This document shows, one piece after another, positions 16,333 through 24,347 of a stretch of 24,402 bases of DNA (positions within the stretch are counted from its first letter, which is position 1; every line of letters starts with the position of its first letter). The stretch is taken from positions 1 through 24,402 of IMG/VR virus record IMGVR_UViG_3300017784_003136, one strand, 5' to 3'. Position numbers and translations under genes: made by a program. A model generated the notes under the pieces. The model did no database searches. It saw nothing but the letters and a program-made list of their open reading frames with translations, and had not been told where the DNA came from. This DNA comes from a virus. Its lineage: Duplodnaviria; Caudoviricetes.

Positions 16333-16470
16333 GCAATGCCCTACCATCCGCCGCCACAAGCGTAAAAATTTTTATTTCACCCCGCCCTGGAGCGGGCCTG
16401 GCTTACCCCCCCCATTAGTGGGGGACAGACTTTCCTTACAATTTTGTAAGGTTTCTATTCGGCCACAATC

Positions 16471-16505
16471 GGCATACATCGCTTGGGTCTATAGGTGTCG
16501 ATATC
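16471..16505 (+). promoter_or_regulatory. Dyad element copy 2
   Basis: GGCATACATCGCTTGGGTCTATAGGTGTCGATATC upstream of 16551. Confidence 0.75.
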
Positions 16506-16550
16506 GTCACGACGGCGACGGCAACGCACCACCAACCGGAGCGGATAAAA

Positions 16551-17456
16551 ATGGCATACAAAACAGCCACTATCGTCCAACCGGGGAAAAGTAACACAAA
16601 AATCGGCCACGGTTTGGAAAACTATCCAGACCTATCGATTTTTACGGTTTCCCTCGCGTCTTCCGATACTTCTGGACACAATCTGTGTCCTAAGGCAATG
16701 CGGCAGACAATGATCGACAAAATCCTAGCGGGTTATAAGTCGGTGGAAGTCGGAATGCAGGCAGTGAAGGACTACGCCATGGAGCGTGGACTTTCGCTGT
16801 GTACGCTTTCCTGCGTCACCAATCGATCCGGAAAGGGGGCAGCGGAATTCGTCCGTGAGCCCCGCAAGAATCTTTCACGATGGTACGTCGAAGATCGGCC
16901 ATCTTTTAAGGCGGCGATGATCGCAGAATTCCAAGCCAAGATACGGCGTGGAGGCTCTGTTGCTTGTCGGCCTAACGTCGATTCTGACGTACCGTGGGAA
17001 CGTACCGTGCCGGAGATGTTCAATCTGCCGATGACGTTTTGGGACTACACAAAAGTCTCCAAGCGTCTTGGAAAAACTCCAGCCAACTACCACCTAACAT
17101 ATTCGGTATCCGATGGCACGACGGCAGAGGATTGGAAAAACGTCCATGCCTCGGGTTGTAACATTGCCGTAGTGTTCAACACAATATGGCAACCGGGTGG
17201 CAAGGCTCAATACCACAAGTTTGGGGTATTGCCAACGTGGTTTACAGATCCGACCGGCAAACGCTGGCGGGTGGTGGACGGTGATAAGACAGATTTGAGG
17301 TTTACGGACCCCAAAAATGTCTGTGTCGGCTTACGGCTTAAAGGCCGCAAGTGGGAGAGGGCCATTGCAATATGGAGCGGATTCGCACGGGCGATTCCCA
17401 CACGGTTACGAAAACTATTCAAGACTACACACCCTTCAAAGGCTATTGCAGCCTAG
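16551..17456 (+). CDS. GP88-like phage protein
   Basis: Motifs NLCPKA...CxxxC..SGKG, RPNVDSDVPWE, FWDYTK, NYHLTYS, NIAVVF, DGDKTDLRFTD and VGLRLKG. Confidence 0.75.
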   Translation: MAYKTATIVQPGKSNTKIGHGLENYPDLSIFTVSLASSDTSGHNLCPKAMRQTMIDKILAGYKSVEVGMQAVKDYAMERGLSLCTLSCVTNRSGKGAAEFVREPRKNLSRWYVEDRPSFKAAMIAEFQAKIRRGGSVACRPNVDSDVPWERTVPEMFNLPMTFWDYTKVSKRLGKTPANYHLTYSVSDGTTAEDWKNVHASGCNIAVVFNTIWQPGGKAQYHKFGVLPTWFTDPTGKRWRVVDGDKTDLRFTDPKNVCVGLRLKGRKWERAIAIWSGFARAIPTRLRKLFKTTHPSKAIAA

Positions 17457-17465
17457 GAGTAAACT

Positions 17466-17726
17466 ATGCCACGCATTTCAATCTGTCAGAATTTGGCCGA
17501 TCAGCACAAGCCTGACTTCTCCGGGGAAAACTATAGCTATGACTTCTGCAAGTCATGCTATGCAAAAGTCGATGCGGCCGCACTGGCCGCTGAAGATGGA
17601 GTTGTAGATGACTTAGCAGATGCCATCGAAATGGATGCAGACCACTATCTGTACGCCGAAGAATGCGGCGACGATGCCGTGTTGTGTCACAAGTGCCGCA
17701 AGCCACTAACTGCGAGGGACGAATAA
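17466..17726 (+). CDS. Acidic Zn-ribbon-like protein
   Basis: CKSC and CHKC; AGGAG upstream. Confidence 0.75.
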   Translation: MPRISICQNLADQHKPDFSGENYSYDFCKSCYAKVDAAALAAEDGVVDDLADAIEMDADHYLYAEECGDDAVLCHKCRKPLTARDE

Positions 17727-17936
17727 TGAAAATGAAACCCGAACATTTACGGGTAACCAGCAAAGGAGACGAAGCAATATGACGTGAATCCGAGGCTATG
17801 CCACCACGAGCCTCACATAAAGGTGGCTCCCGGCGATCCTAGGTCGTTAGGGACTTAAATCAACTGGAGTTGTGACGGCACATACGCCGCAGTGTTTAGA
17901 AGCCTCTGGTTTAAGCCTAAAGGAATTGGTGCAAGC

Positions 17937-18281
17937 ATGATTAAACTGACAGAATCTTGCAACGTGGGATACCTACCACCGGATGCAATGCGGGCGGCTA
18001 AAATCATCCGTACGTTTATGCGGCGGAATTGTCCGCATCCAACGTATGACGGCACATCCTTCTACAGTCCAGCGGAGTGGCGGGAGCGCGGAGAGTTGTA
18101 CGGCTTGGAGTCAATCCTGATTGTGACGCATGATGGCGGCGATCTGCCGCGATTCTGCGATTGGGCAAGGCAGGACTACCCTGCCATGGAGCGGTTTTCC
18201 AAGCGGTTAACGGCTGCCAAGCTATACGTTGAACAGTGTACGTGTTGGTATTCTGCGATCTACCATCTACCTAGGAGTTGA
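17937..18281 (+). CDS. Conserved phage hypothetical (FYSPAEWRERGELYG...HDGG)
   Basis: ATG 17937 preferred over the track's GTG at 17892. Confidence 0.75.
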   Translation: MIKLTESCNVGYLPPDAMRAAKIIRTFMRRNCPHPTYDGTSFYSPAEWRERGELYGLESILIVTHDGGDLPRFCDWARQDYPAMERFSKRLTAAKLYVEQCTCWYSAIYHLPRS

Positions 18282-18284
18282 GCC

Positions 18285-18473
18285 ATGGAGTTTAACGTCA
18301 AGATCAAATGCGACAACGAAGCGTTTCATGGGGGGCCAGAGGAAGTTGTGCGCATGCTCCGTGGAATCGCCAACCGGGTTTCGGCGGCTGGCGAATTGAA
18401 TGGGAATGTCTTGGACTACAACGGCAATTCTGTGGGTTCCTATGGGTTTGACTTAGACAAAAGGGGGAAGTGA
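18285..18473 (+). CDS. Small conserved phage hypothetical (DNEAF...DYNGNSVG)
   Basis: AGGAG upstream; coupled to the next gene. Confidence 0.8.
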   Translation: MEFNVKIKCDNEAFHGGPEEVVRMLRGIANRVSAAGELNGNVLDYNGNSVGSYGFDLDKRGK

Positions 18474-18667
18474 TGGTCATTGATATCTACATACGAGAAG
18501 GTGCGCAGTGCAAATATAAGTGTTCCACAATCCAAGCGCGGTCCTGCAAGCAGGCCAAGCAGCAATACTTAGATCGCTGGAACTTTGACGGGGCTATGCG
18601 AGTCGATCCTTCTAAGGTCCTGTGTTTGTACGCAAAAGGGTACAAAAATAGAAACCGTGCCCAATGA
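18470..18667 (+). CDS. Hypothetical protein
   Basis: GTGA overlap with the previous gene. Confidence 0.7.
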   Translation: MMVIDIYIREGAQCKYKCSTIQARSCKQAKQQYLDRWNFDGAMRVDPSKVLCLYAKGYKNRNRAQ

Positions 18668-18792
18668 TAATTGAAATAAAATGCTTCGATGGTGGCAGGG
18701 CCATCCTATTCGTAGGCGATGAGGCCGCTGCTTTGCGTGAGTGGGAAGATGGTTGCGAGCCTGATGAAATGGAGGATGATGACGATGCCTAG
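18664..18792 (+). CDS. Small acidic hypothetical protein (42 aa, MIIEIKCFDGGRAIL...)
   Basis: Below the track cutoff; ATGA overlap; fills the gap and overlaps the next start. Confidence 0.55.
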   Translation: MIIEIKCFDGGRAILFVGDEAAALREWEDGCEPDEMEDDDDA

Positions 18793-19060
18793 ATACCCGA
18801 AGCCTGAGCCACCGATGACTGACAAGCAAGCGCATACCATTGTGTGTGCCTTGGCGGACTTAATCGGTGCAATGCAGGCGCACGTTGATCCACGGCTGGA
18901 CCATGATTGGGCCGGTCATATGGAGAGCATCCGCGATCTTTCGGCTGCGTTTCCACAACTGGGCAGGGACTATGCCTGCATTATTGAACGGCTCACTGCA
19001 ACCAGTTGGTATGCCGATAACATTACGCTGGGCGTACTGGCTGACGGCAACACAAAATAA
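18785..19060 (+). CDS. DWxxH-FPxL family paralog 1
   Basis: Start set at 18785 (GGAGG upstream); shares a motif with 22641 and 23749. Confidence 0.75.
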   Translation: MPRYPKPEPPMTDKQAHTIVCALADLIGAMQAHVDPRLDHDWAGHMESIRDLSAAFPQLGRDYACIIERLTATSWYADNITLGVLADGNTK

Positions 19061-19193
19061 TCCGGGGCCATCCCTTTCACGGGTGGCAGGGTGAACTAAC
19101 ACCACGGCGCTAAACCCGTGGGCCATCCTGTCATGGGGTTGCCTCTCTGAATTAACAGCCGGATATCAAACCTGTCGGAATTGTAAGGAACGG

Positions 19194-19230
19194 GGCATAC
19201 ATCGCTCCAGTATAACAGTGTAACGATATC
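19194..19230 (+). promoter_or_regulatory. Dyad element copy 3
   Basis: GGCATACATCGCTCCAGTATAACAGTGTAACGATATC upstream of 19253. Confidence 0.8.
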
Positions 19231-19252
19231 ACCACAACGAAGGGGCAACACG

Positions 19253-19516
19253 ATGCGTCTTAACCACCAACGCGACCGCCTGATTCAATGCACCGCAGAA
19301 GCCTGCCACGCCGTGACGCATATGCGTTCGGCCATCATCAACAAGATGAATTCCCCCTATGGGGATGGCAGCAAATCGAATATGGTCAACGCCGAGACTG
19401 ATGTTCTGCCCAGACTAAACGAGATTCTCAACACACTGGTTGAATGTTTGGAGGAGATCAGCTTCGATCAGAACGGGTATCCCGTGCCACCTCCAAAGGC
19501 GGTGCGGATTTGGTGA
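19253..19516 (+). CDS. Hypothetical protein
   Basis: 87 aa; GAAGGGG upstream. Confidence 0.7.
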   Translation: MRLNHQRDRLIQCTAEACHAVTHMRSAIINKMNSPYGDGSKSNMVNAETDVLPRLNEILNTLVECLEEISFDQNGYPVPPPKAVRIW

Positions 19517-19544
19517 TGGGTTTTTACACAAAGGAGAATGCATC

Positions 19545-19739
19545 ATGGCAAAACTGCCAGACGGGCTGACGCTAGAGATTGTGATGGAGTCAATGAACGG
19601 CGATGAGTACCCAGGTTTTTGCCTGAAGTGCGGCGAACAGGCGGACGGCGTTGAGCCAGATGCTCGCCGGTATGAATGCGAATCCTGCGGGGCCAATGCG
19701 GTGTATGGATCGGAAGAAATCGTAATGATGTTCGCCTAA
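19545..19739 (+). CDS. Zn-ribbon protein (GFCLKCG...EPDARRYECESCG...VYG)
   Basis: Two CxxC motifs; AAGGAG upstream; start moved to 19545. Confidence 0.8.
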   Translation: MAKLPDGLTLEIVMESMNGDEYPGFCLKCGEQADGVEPDARRYECESCGANAVYGSEEIVMMFA

Positions 19740-19755
19740 CAAAAGGAGGTGCAAC

Positions 19756-20127
19756 GTGCTTGCACATATTGACGAGACAGAAGTACAGCAGTGCTTGGGG
19801 GAAGACCCCGGCGTGACTTGGACAGAACTAGGCGTGGAGGCCCTAGTGCGTGAGATGTTTAAGCGTGATGACCACCACGCTAGCCATGGCAACCCTCCGA
19901 TGGTGTTAAATGTGACCGAACTACGTGGCGGCTGGGTTGAATATCACAACCTATTGCTTGCAGCAGCGGACGAATCCCCTGCCCATCCTGAGAATCCATA
20001 TCGCCTCACACTTCCAACAGATGCTGACTGTTTAAGTTGGCTGCGTGAAAACCATCTGCGGGATGTGATTGTGTTTGAGGGCGGCGTGATGGTGAAAAAC
20101 TGGAAAGGCAAGGGCAAGTATGATTGA
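19756..20127 (+). CDS. Hypothetical protein
   Basis: GTG start with AGGAGGT upstream. Confidence 0.75.
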   Translation: MLAHIDETEVQQCLGEDPGVTWTELGVEALVREMFKRDDHHASHGNPPMVLNVTELRGGWVEYHNLLLAAADESPAHPENPYRLTLPTDADCLSWLRENHLRDVIVFEGGVMVKNWKGKGKYD

Positions 20128-20317
20128 AAGTAGAACGATGGAAGCACAACGCCTGCGGGATGGGGTGCTGAAGGAACTAGCAGAGTTAAAGACGCTGGGC
20201 CTGCGGGTAACAGACCGCTGCTTTAGCAATGTGCGGGAGTACAAGGACCTTAAAGGGCTCTTGCATATGTCAGTGACAGAAGCAACGGATTTTTTCCTAG
20301 ACGTACAAGATGTTTAA
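20120..20317 (+). CDS. Hypothetical protein
   Basis: Overlap-coupled 65-aa ORF. Confidence 0.65.
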   Translation: MIESRTMEAQRLRDGVLKELAELKTLGLRVTDRCFSNVREYKDLKGLLHMSVTEATDFFLDVQDV

Positions 20318-20332
20318 CACAGGGAGGTGGGT

Positions 20333-20461
20333 ATGTATGCAGTCAGGAATCGACGGGGATATCTGGCGACGTTTGACTACAAGCCAGATGCGGATCAGTG
20401 GTGCAGGGATTACGTTTCCCTCCACGGGCACGGGGCATGGGTGGAAAGGACAGAAGCATGA
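20333..20461 (+). CDS. Small hypothetical protein (42 aa, MYAVRNRRGYLATF...)
   Basis: Not in the track; GGAGGT upstream; ATGA overlap with the next gene. Confidence 0.6.
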   Translation: MYAVRNRRGYLATFDYKPDADQWCRDYVSLHGHGAWVERTEA

Positions 20462-20607
20462 CAAACGCAGAGAAGTCGGTGCTGTTTTCGGATGCCGCCA
20501 TGCGGGTCCAGACAGCACGGTTCAAAGGGATTCTTTGGAGGGCAGCATTCGTTGCAGCGTTGGCCGCTGATGCGGAAACTGCCAAGGCACAGGAGCCAAA
20601 ACGATGA
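20458..20607 (+). CDS. Small hypothetical protein (MTNAEKSVLF...)
   Basis: AAGGA upstream; ATGA overlaps at both ends. Confidence 0.6.
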   Translation: MTNAEKSVLFSDAAMRVQTARFKGILWRAAFVAALAADAETAKAQEPKR

Positions 20608-20879
20608 GCAGATTTGTGGGCCTTGCAAAGGGCAAGACGCAGTACATCTACGGGCATGATCGCGTGTTGGATTATTATTTTCTGTCGCGTGAGTTTGCCA
20701 ACGGCAACTGGCGCAACTACGTTGGCCTTCTTAGCGACGTTGCTGGCACGGCTGACAACCTACTGCATTTCATGGACAAGCTGGGTGTTGCCATGCCAGA
20801 TGCACACAGGCAGGACCTCATTGATGGCGCACCCCTGCGGGATATTGACAGCCCTATTGTGGAAAGGAGTGAAGCATGA
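20604..20879 (+). CDS. Hypothetical protein (YIYGHDR...YFL)
   Basis: AGGAG upstream; ATGA coupling. Confidence 0.75.
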   Translation: MSRFVGLAKGKTQYIYGHDRVLDYYFLSREFANGNWRNYVGLLSDVAGTADNLLHFMDKLGVAMPDAHRQDLIDGAPLRDIDSPIVERSEA

Positions 20880-21085
20880 CGATTCAGCTAGACCATAGTT
20901 GCGACGTGTCGGTTAGCGGCGAGAGTGTCATTGTCAACGTGAAGGGGTTCGCTGTTTTGATTTGCAAGACAGACAGCGGTGTGCTTGTCGATGTGTACGC
21001 CAAGGGCCGTGAGTTTTGCGAGACGCTTGGCCGATGCCAAGTGTCAGATGCTTTAGCACAGAAGGAAAGGGATGAGGGGTTGTGA
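20876..21085 (+). CDS. Small beta-rich hypothetical protein
   Basis: AGGAG upstream; coupled. Confidence 0.7.
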   Translation: MTIQLDHSCDVSVSGESVIVNVKGFAVLICKTDSGVLVDVYAKGREFCETLGRCQVSDALAQKERDEGL

Positions 21086-21300
21086 TGCCTAAACCAAAAG
21101 AAGACGAAATGGCGTTGCGTTACCTGGCGTTGCGCCGAGTGGAGCGATCACCGCAGATGCGGCCACTGCGTAGCATCATCTTTACCTATTGGCCTAACTG
21201 GGAGGAGCATCTTCAGTGGGTGATCAAGGCTAGGGTTGCAGAGATTGTTTCGTGGGCCAAACAAATTCAAAGGGATTGTGAGGGGTGCGGCAATGAGTAG
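21082..21300 (+). CDS. Hypothetical protein
   Basis: GAGGGG upstream; coupled. Confidence 0.7.
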   Translation: MMPKPKEDEMALRYLALRRVERSPQMRPLRSIIFTYWPNWEEHLQWVIKARVAEIVSWAKQIQRDCEGCGNE

Positions 21301-21523
21301 TTTTCATAAAACGAAGTTGGGCCGATTTGGCGAGAATCTAACAGCCGATATGGACGGTTATGTCCACACAACCATCGCCGGATGGATGTCCGCCAACGTC
21401 GATTTTGCTGGTGAGAGAATGACCCGCAAACAGCTACGGAACTGGGCGCGCGAGCAAGCAGCCGAGAGCCGCAAGCAGTTGGCTCAGGCCGAGGAGGGGC
21501 TCGCTGAGTGGAGGTCTGAGTAA
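21293..21523 (+). CDS. Hypothetical protein (MSSFHKTKLG...)
   Basis: Start moved to 21293 (GAGGGG upstream). Confidence 0.7.
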   Translation: MSSFHKTKLGRFGENLTADMDGYVHTTIAGWMSANVDFAGERMTRKQLRNWAREQAAESRKQLAQAEEGLAEWRSE

Positions 21524-21579
21524 GTGGCCTCCCGGCAACTTCGCCGGTGGGCAGAGGGGCTTAACTAGGAGACAGAAAA

Positions 21580-22008
21580 ATGAACCCGATCACGATGAGG
21601 GACGTTGAGGATTTAAGTTTTTCCATGATGCCACAGGACCAAGGGCAAATTGTTGAAAATTCTTATGCCGTCGATTGGGAGAGGGGCATCCTGGTGCATC
21701 GGCGGTTGGATCGATCAGATATGGAGTTGACGTTTTTTCGTGCTGCTATCGATGAGGACAATGATCGTAATTTTGAACCGCAAAACGGAGTCCTCCCTGC
21801 AACTGACGGCGAATGGCTGCCGATGTGGCGTCTAGACGCTAGCGAATACCGCATAGCATTTCCGATGGAGTCTGGCGAATGGGATGTAGTCGACACATTT
21901 ACTGCCGAGTCTGACGATGCCGCTAACGAATATGCGGAGGAAAACTACTCCGACAAAGAATGGTTCGTAATTAACTCAGAAGGCAAAAATATTAACGGCG
22001 GCGAGTGA
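21580..22008 (+). CDS. Acidic hypothetical protein
   Basis: 142 aa; AGGAG upstream. Confidence 0.8.
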   Translation: MNPITMRDVEDLSFSMMPQDQGQIVENSYAVDWERGILVHRRLDRSDMELTFFRAAIDEDNDRNFEPQNGVLPATDGEWLPMWRLDASEYRIAFPMESGEWDVVDTFTAESDDAANEYAEENYSDKEWFVINSEGKNINGGE

Positions 22009-22110
22009 TCTGACGATTGCCCGCTGAGTGGCGGGCCTCTTGATTGATGCGATGCCCCTGGCTCGTTGCCGGGGGGAGAGCGTGGAAACCAGAGGAGGAG
22101 GAGGTGGACG

Positions 22111-22404
22111 ATGAGTGAGATCAGGATCAGTACACTCCGCGAGGAGTCGTGGCTAGCGTCGTGTGTGTGCGATACCGTAGACGCGAGGACTGCGAGGGAG
22201 GTGTTCAGCCGTGCGGCAAGGCGCATAGGCTTTCAAGGCGGCTGCTTTCATGGGTGGTGGGGTGACATCATCTGGAATTGCCAAGGCAACACTGCGACGG
22301 CAGAAGGTGAGGGTGCAGAGGAAGCATTGGCCGCAGGAGCGGCAGAGGTTGAGGAGTGGGCGGCTGTGTCCTTAAAGTTGCAAGAGGAGGTGAGCGATGA
22401 GTAG
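22111..22404 (+). CDS. Hypothetical protein (MSEIRISTL...)
   Basis: Start moved to 22111 (AGGAGGT upstream). Confidence 0.75.
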   Translation: MSEIRISTLREESWLASCVCDTVDARTAREVFSRAARRIGFQGGCFHGWWGDIIWNCQGNTATAEGEGAEEALAAGAAEVEEWAAVSLKLQEEVSDE

Positions 22405-22657
22405 TTTTACTGCGAGAATGGATGATATATGTTCTCGGTTTGGCGAGGTATCGTGGTGCGCAGAAGATGTGCAAGAGCTTCGGCCTGATTGGACTATCCG
22501 CGCGTGCAACATTTTCTTGGACGCAACGGAGGATCGGTTGCAACTAGACATGATCACGCAAGGCTGGCGTTGTTTAACCAGAGAGTTGGGAATGTACGAG
22601 CGGAGCGCAACAGTAGCCTCTAACACAAGGAGCCGTAAGGATGACACTGCCAGCTAA
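22397..22657 (+). CDS. Hypothetical protein (WCAEDV...RPDWT...FL)
   Basis: AGGAGGT upstream; overlap-coupled. Confidence 0.75.
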   Translation: MSSFTARMDDICSRFGEVSWCAEDVQELRPDWTIRACNIFLDATEDRLQLDMITQGWRCLTRELGMYERSATVASNTRSRKDDTAS

Positions 22658-22919
22658 GATTTTAGCGCAGCGCGGCCAGCCCGAGAGACTGAGCGATTAT
22701 CAGAATCATATTTTGCGAACGGCCATAGGTAATCTTTTCTGGGTGTTTCGTATGTGGCGGGATCACGACGAGTTAAGCCTTACGGATTGGAGGTTTCACC
22801 TAGACAACCTCGCTGAATTAGAGCAAGAATTTCCTGCCTTGGTTTCGTCAAAGTTTCCCAAGATTGCCAGCTTAAGAAAGGACCTACGCAAATATGAAGA
22901 AGAGCAACCAAACGGTTGA
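22641..22919 (+). CDS. DWxxH-FPxL family paralog 2
   Basis: AAGGAG upstream; shared motif. Confidence 0.75.
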   Translation: MTLPAKILAQRGQPERLSDYQNHILRTAIGNLFWVFRMWRDHDELSLTDWRFHLDNLAELEQEFPALVSSKFPKIASLRKDLRKYEEEQPNG

Positions 22920-23172
22920 GGGTGAGTGGCACTACCGAAAGATCAATCCTACTGGGCCAGGATATGCGGCTGATCGACTCCAGGTCGGGCCAGATATCGA
23001 TGGCTTGCCGGGAGTAGTCGGCAGTCTGGTGTTCCAGCACGGGAGCCGTGCCCCAGTGTGGATATGCGAATGGCAGCCCGACAATGGGCATGTGTTCGAT
23101 GTGGTCGATGCACAAGGCAACCACACATTGACAGGGCCGGAGCAACTGACGAGGAATCACCGCAACGTATAG
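22894..23172 (+). CDS. Hypothetical protein
   Basis: GAAAGGA upstream; ends 6 nt before dyad element copy 4. Confidence 0.65.
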   Translation: MKKSNQTVEGEWHYRKINPTGPGYAADRLQVGPDIDGLPGVVGSLVFQHGSRAPVWICEWQPDNGHVFDVVDAQGNHTLTGPEQLTRNHRNV

Positions 23173-23178
23173 CCGTGT

Positions 23179-23215
23179 GGCATACATCGCTCGTGTATAA
23201 CAGTGTGTCGGTATC
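23179..23215 (+). promoter_or_regulatory. Dyad element copy 4
   Basis: GGCATACATCGCTCGTGTATAACAGTGTGTCGGTATC upstream of 23236. Confidence 0.8.
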
Positions 23216-23235
23216 ATAACAAAGCGATAAAGCAC

Positions 23236-23730
23236 ATGAAGAATCTATACATCGACCGTGCATGGGAAGACCAATGCATCATACGCATCTGCCGGGAGAT
23301 TCGTCAGCAGAGTCTGATCGATCTGTCTAACAGCGTGGCTATCCTGCAACTGAGCTACGAATACTCCGGACTCATGGCACAACTCATGGCGCATTACCTA
23401 TCGTCTAAGGATGGGCCGATAGATATTGAACCAGTGAATATCCCGTACACAGCAGAGTTTGATCCTGTCTTGCACCCCGATCAGCTAGATCCCTACCACT
23501 CGCTGATCGTCATCGATAGCGGGTGCCTGAGTGGCAAGAACTTTCACAACATAGAGACCAAGCTATTGCACTATGGGTTTCCAAGGGCACGCTTGTTTTT
23601 TACTTGCATCGCCTGCGATCTGAACAGTATTTTCCGGCCAGACTTTTGCCCGATCTACTTCAATGGAGATGATCACATGGTGCATTTCTGGTGGGAGACA
23701 AACACTACTAGGTTTCAGCGGCACAACTAA
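23236..23730 (+). CDS. Type I phosphoribosyltransferase-fold protein (degenerate)
   Basis: LIVIDSGCLSGKNF at the PRPP-loop position, SIFRPDF, and C-terminal VHFWWE resembling the XGPRT 'FPWE' tail. Confidence 0.6.
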   Translation: MKNLYIDRAWEDQCIIRICREIRQQSLIDLSNSVAILQLSYEYSGLMAQLMAHYLSSKDGPIDIEPVNIPYTAEFDPVLHPDQLDPYHSLIVIDSGCLSGKNFHNIETKLLHYGFPRARLFFTCIACDLNSIFRPDFCPIYFNGDDHMVHFWWETNTTRFQRHN

Positions 23731-23748
23731 ACCCACACAGGAGGAGCA

Positions 23749-24000
23749 ATGGACGCGCAAGAAACGAAAGGCTTTTTTGAAACACTGGCCGCACGCAGCG
23801 CTTTAGTCGATCTAATGGCAGTGCGGTTGGCGTGGGAGGCAGGGGCTATGGAGAACTACGATTGGCTAGAGCATCTCAAAAGCGTGGACGCTTTGGCCGC
23901 AGCGTTTCCATCCCTGCTTGCCGATTTTCAAGAGGGCATAAACGCAATGGAAGAAAGGATAATCAATGAAGAAGACCTGCGAGAATCTAGATGCAGTTGA
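23749..24000 (+). CDS. DWxxH-FPxL family paralog 3
   Basis: AGGAGGAG upstream; shared motif. Confidence 0.8.
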   Translation: MDAQETKGFFETLAARSALVDLMAVRLAWEAGAMENYDWLEHLKSVDALAAAFPSLLADFQEGINAMEERIINEEDLRESRCS

Positions 24001-24145
24001 TGGGCCCGAGTGCGACAGGTGCGGAGCCTGTCACCCCGACATGGATGTCTACTGCCTGGAGGATGAAGACAACAACCCGTTAGAGTTTTTGTGTGTTGAC
24101 TGTTTTGAAACTACCCCAGAATATGAGGCGATGTGCGATGAGTGA
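23966..24145 (+). CDS. Small acidic Zn-finger protein (59 aa; CDRC...CVDC)
   Basis: Not in the track; GAAAGGA upstream; overlaps the next start. Confidence 0.6.
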   Translation: MKKTCENLDAVDGPECDRCGACHPDMDVYCLEDEDNNPLEFLCVDCFETTPEYEAMCDE

Positions 24146-24347
24146 GCAACCGATCCGCGTGATACCAACTGTCCCAGCGAAGACTGAGAATGAACTGATG
24201 TGGGAAGCAAATGGGTTTTTTAAACTGCCCGATGATGGCGAAGAAGATTCCCTCACTGGAGGGCTTGCCTTTGCTAGTCCCGACAGCGATACTACCACAA
24301 CGAAGCAGGCAAAGTTTACACAACAGGAGGTGAGCGATGAGTCTTAA
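24138..24347 (+). CDS. Hypothetical protein (MSEQPIRV...)
   Basis: ATG 24138 with GAGG upstream. Confidence 0.65.
   Translation: MSEQPIRVIPTVPAKTENELMWEANGFFKLPDDGEEDSLTGGLAFASPDSDTTTTKQAKFTQQEVSDES

Noticed and set aside
16213-16345. CRISPR mini-array
   Set aside because: Only two units, with variation inside paired stems rather than in spacers; no cas genes in the window.
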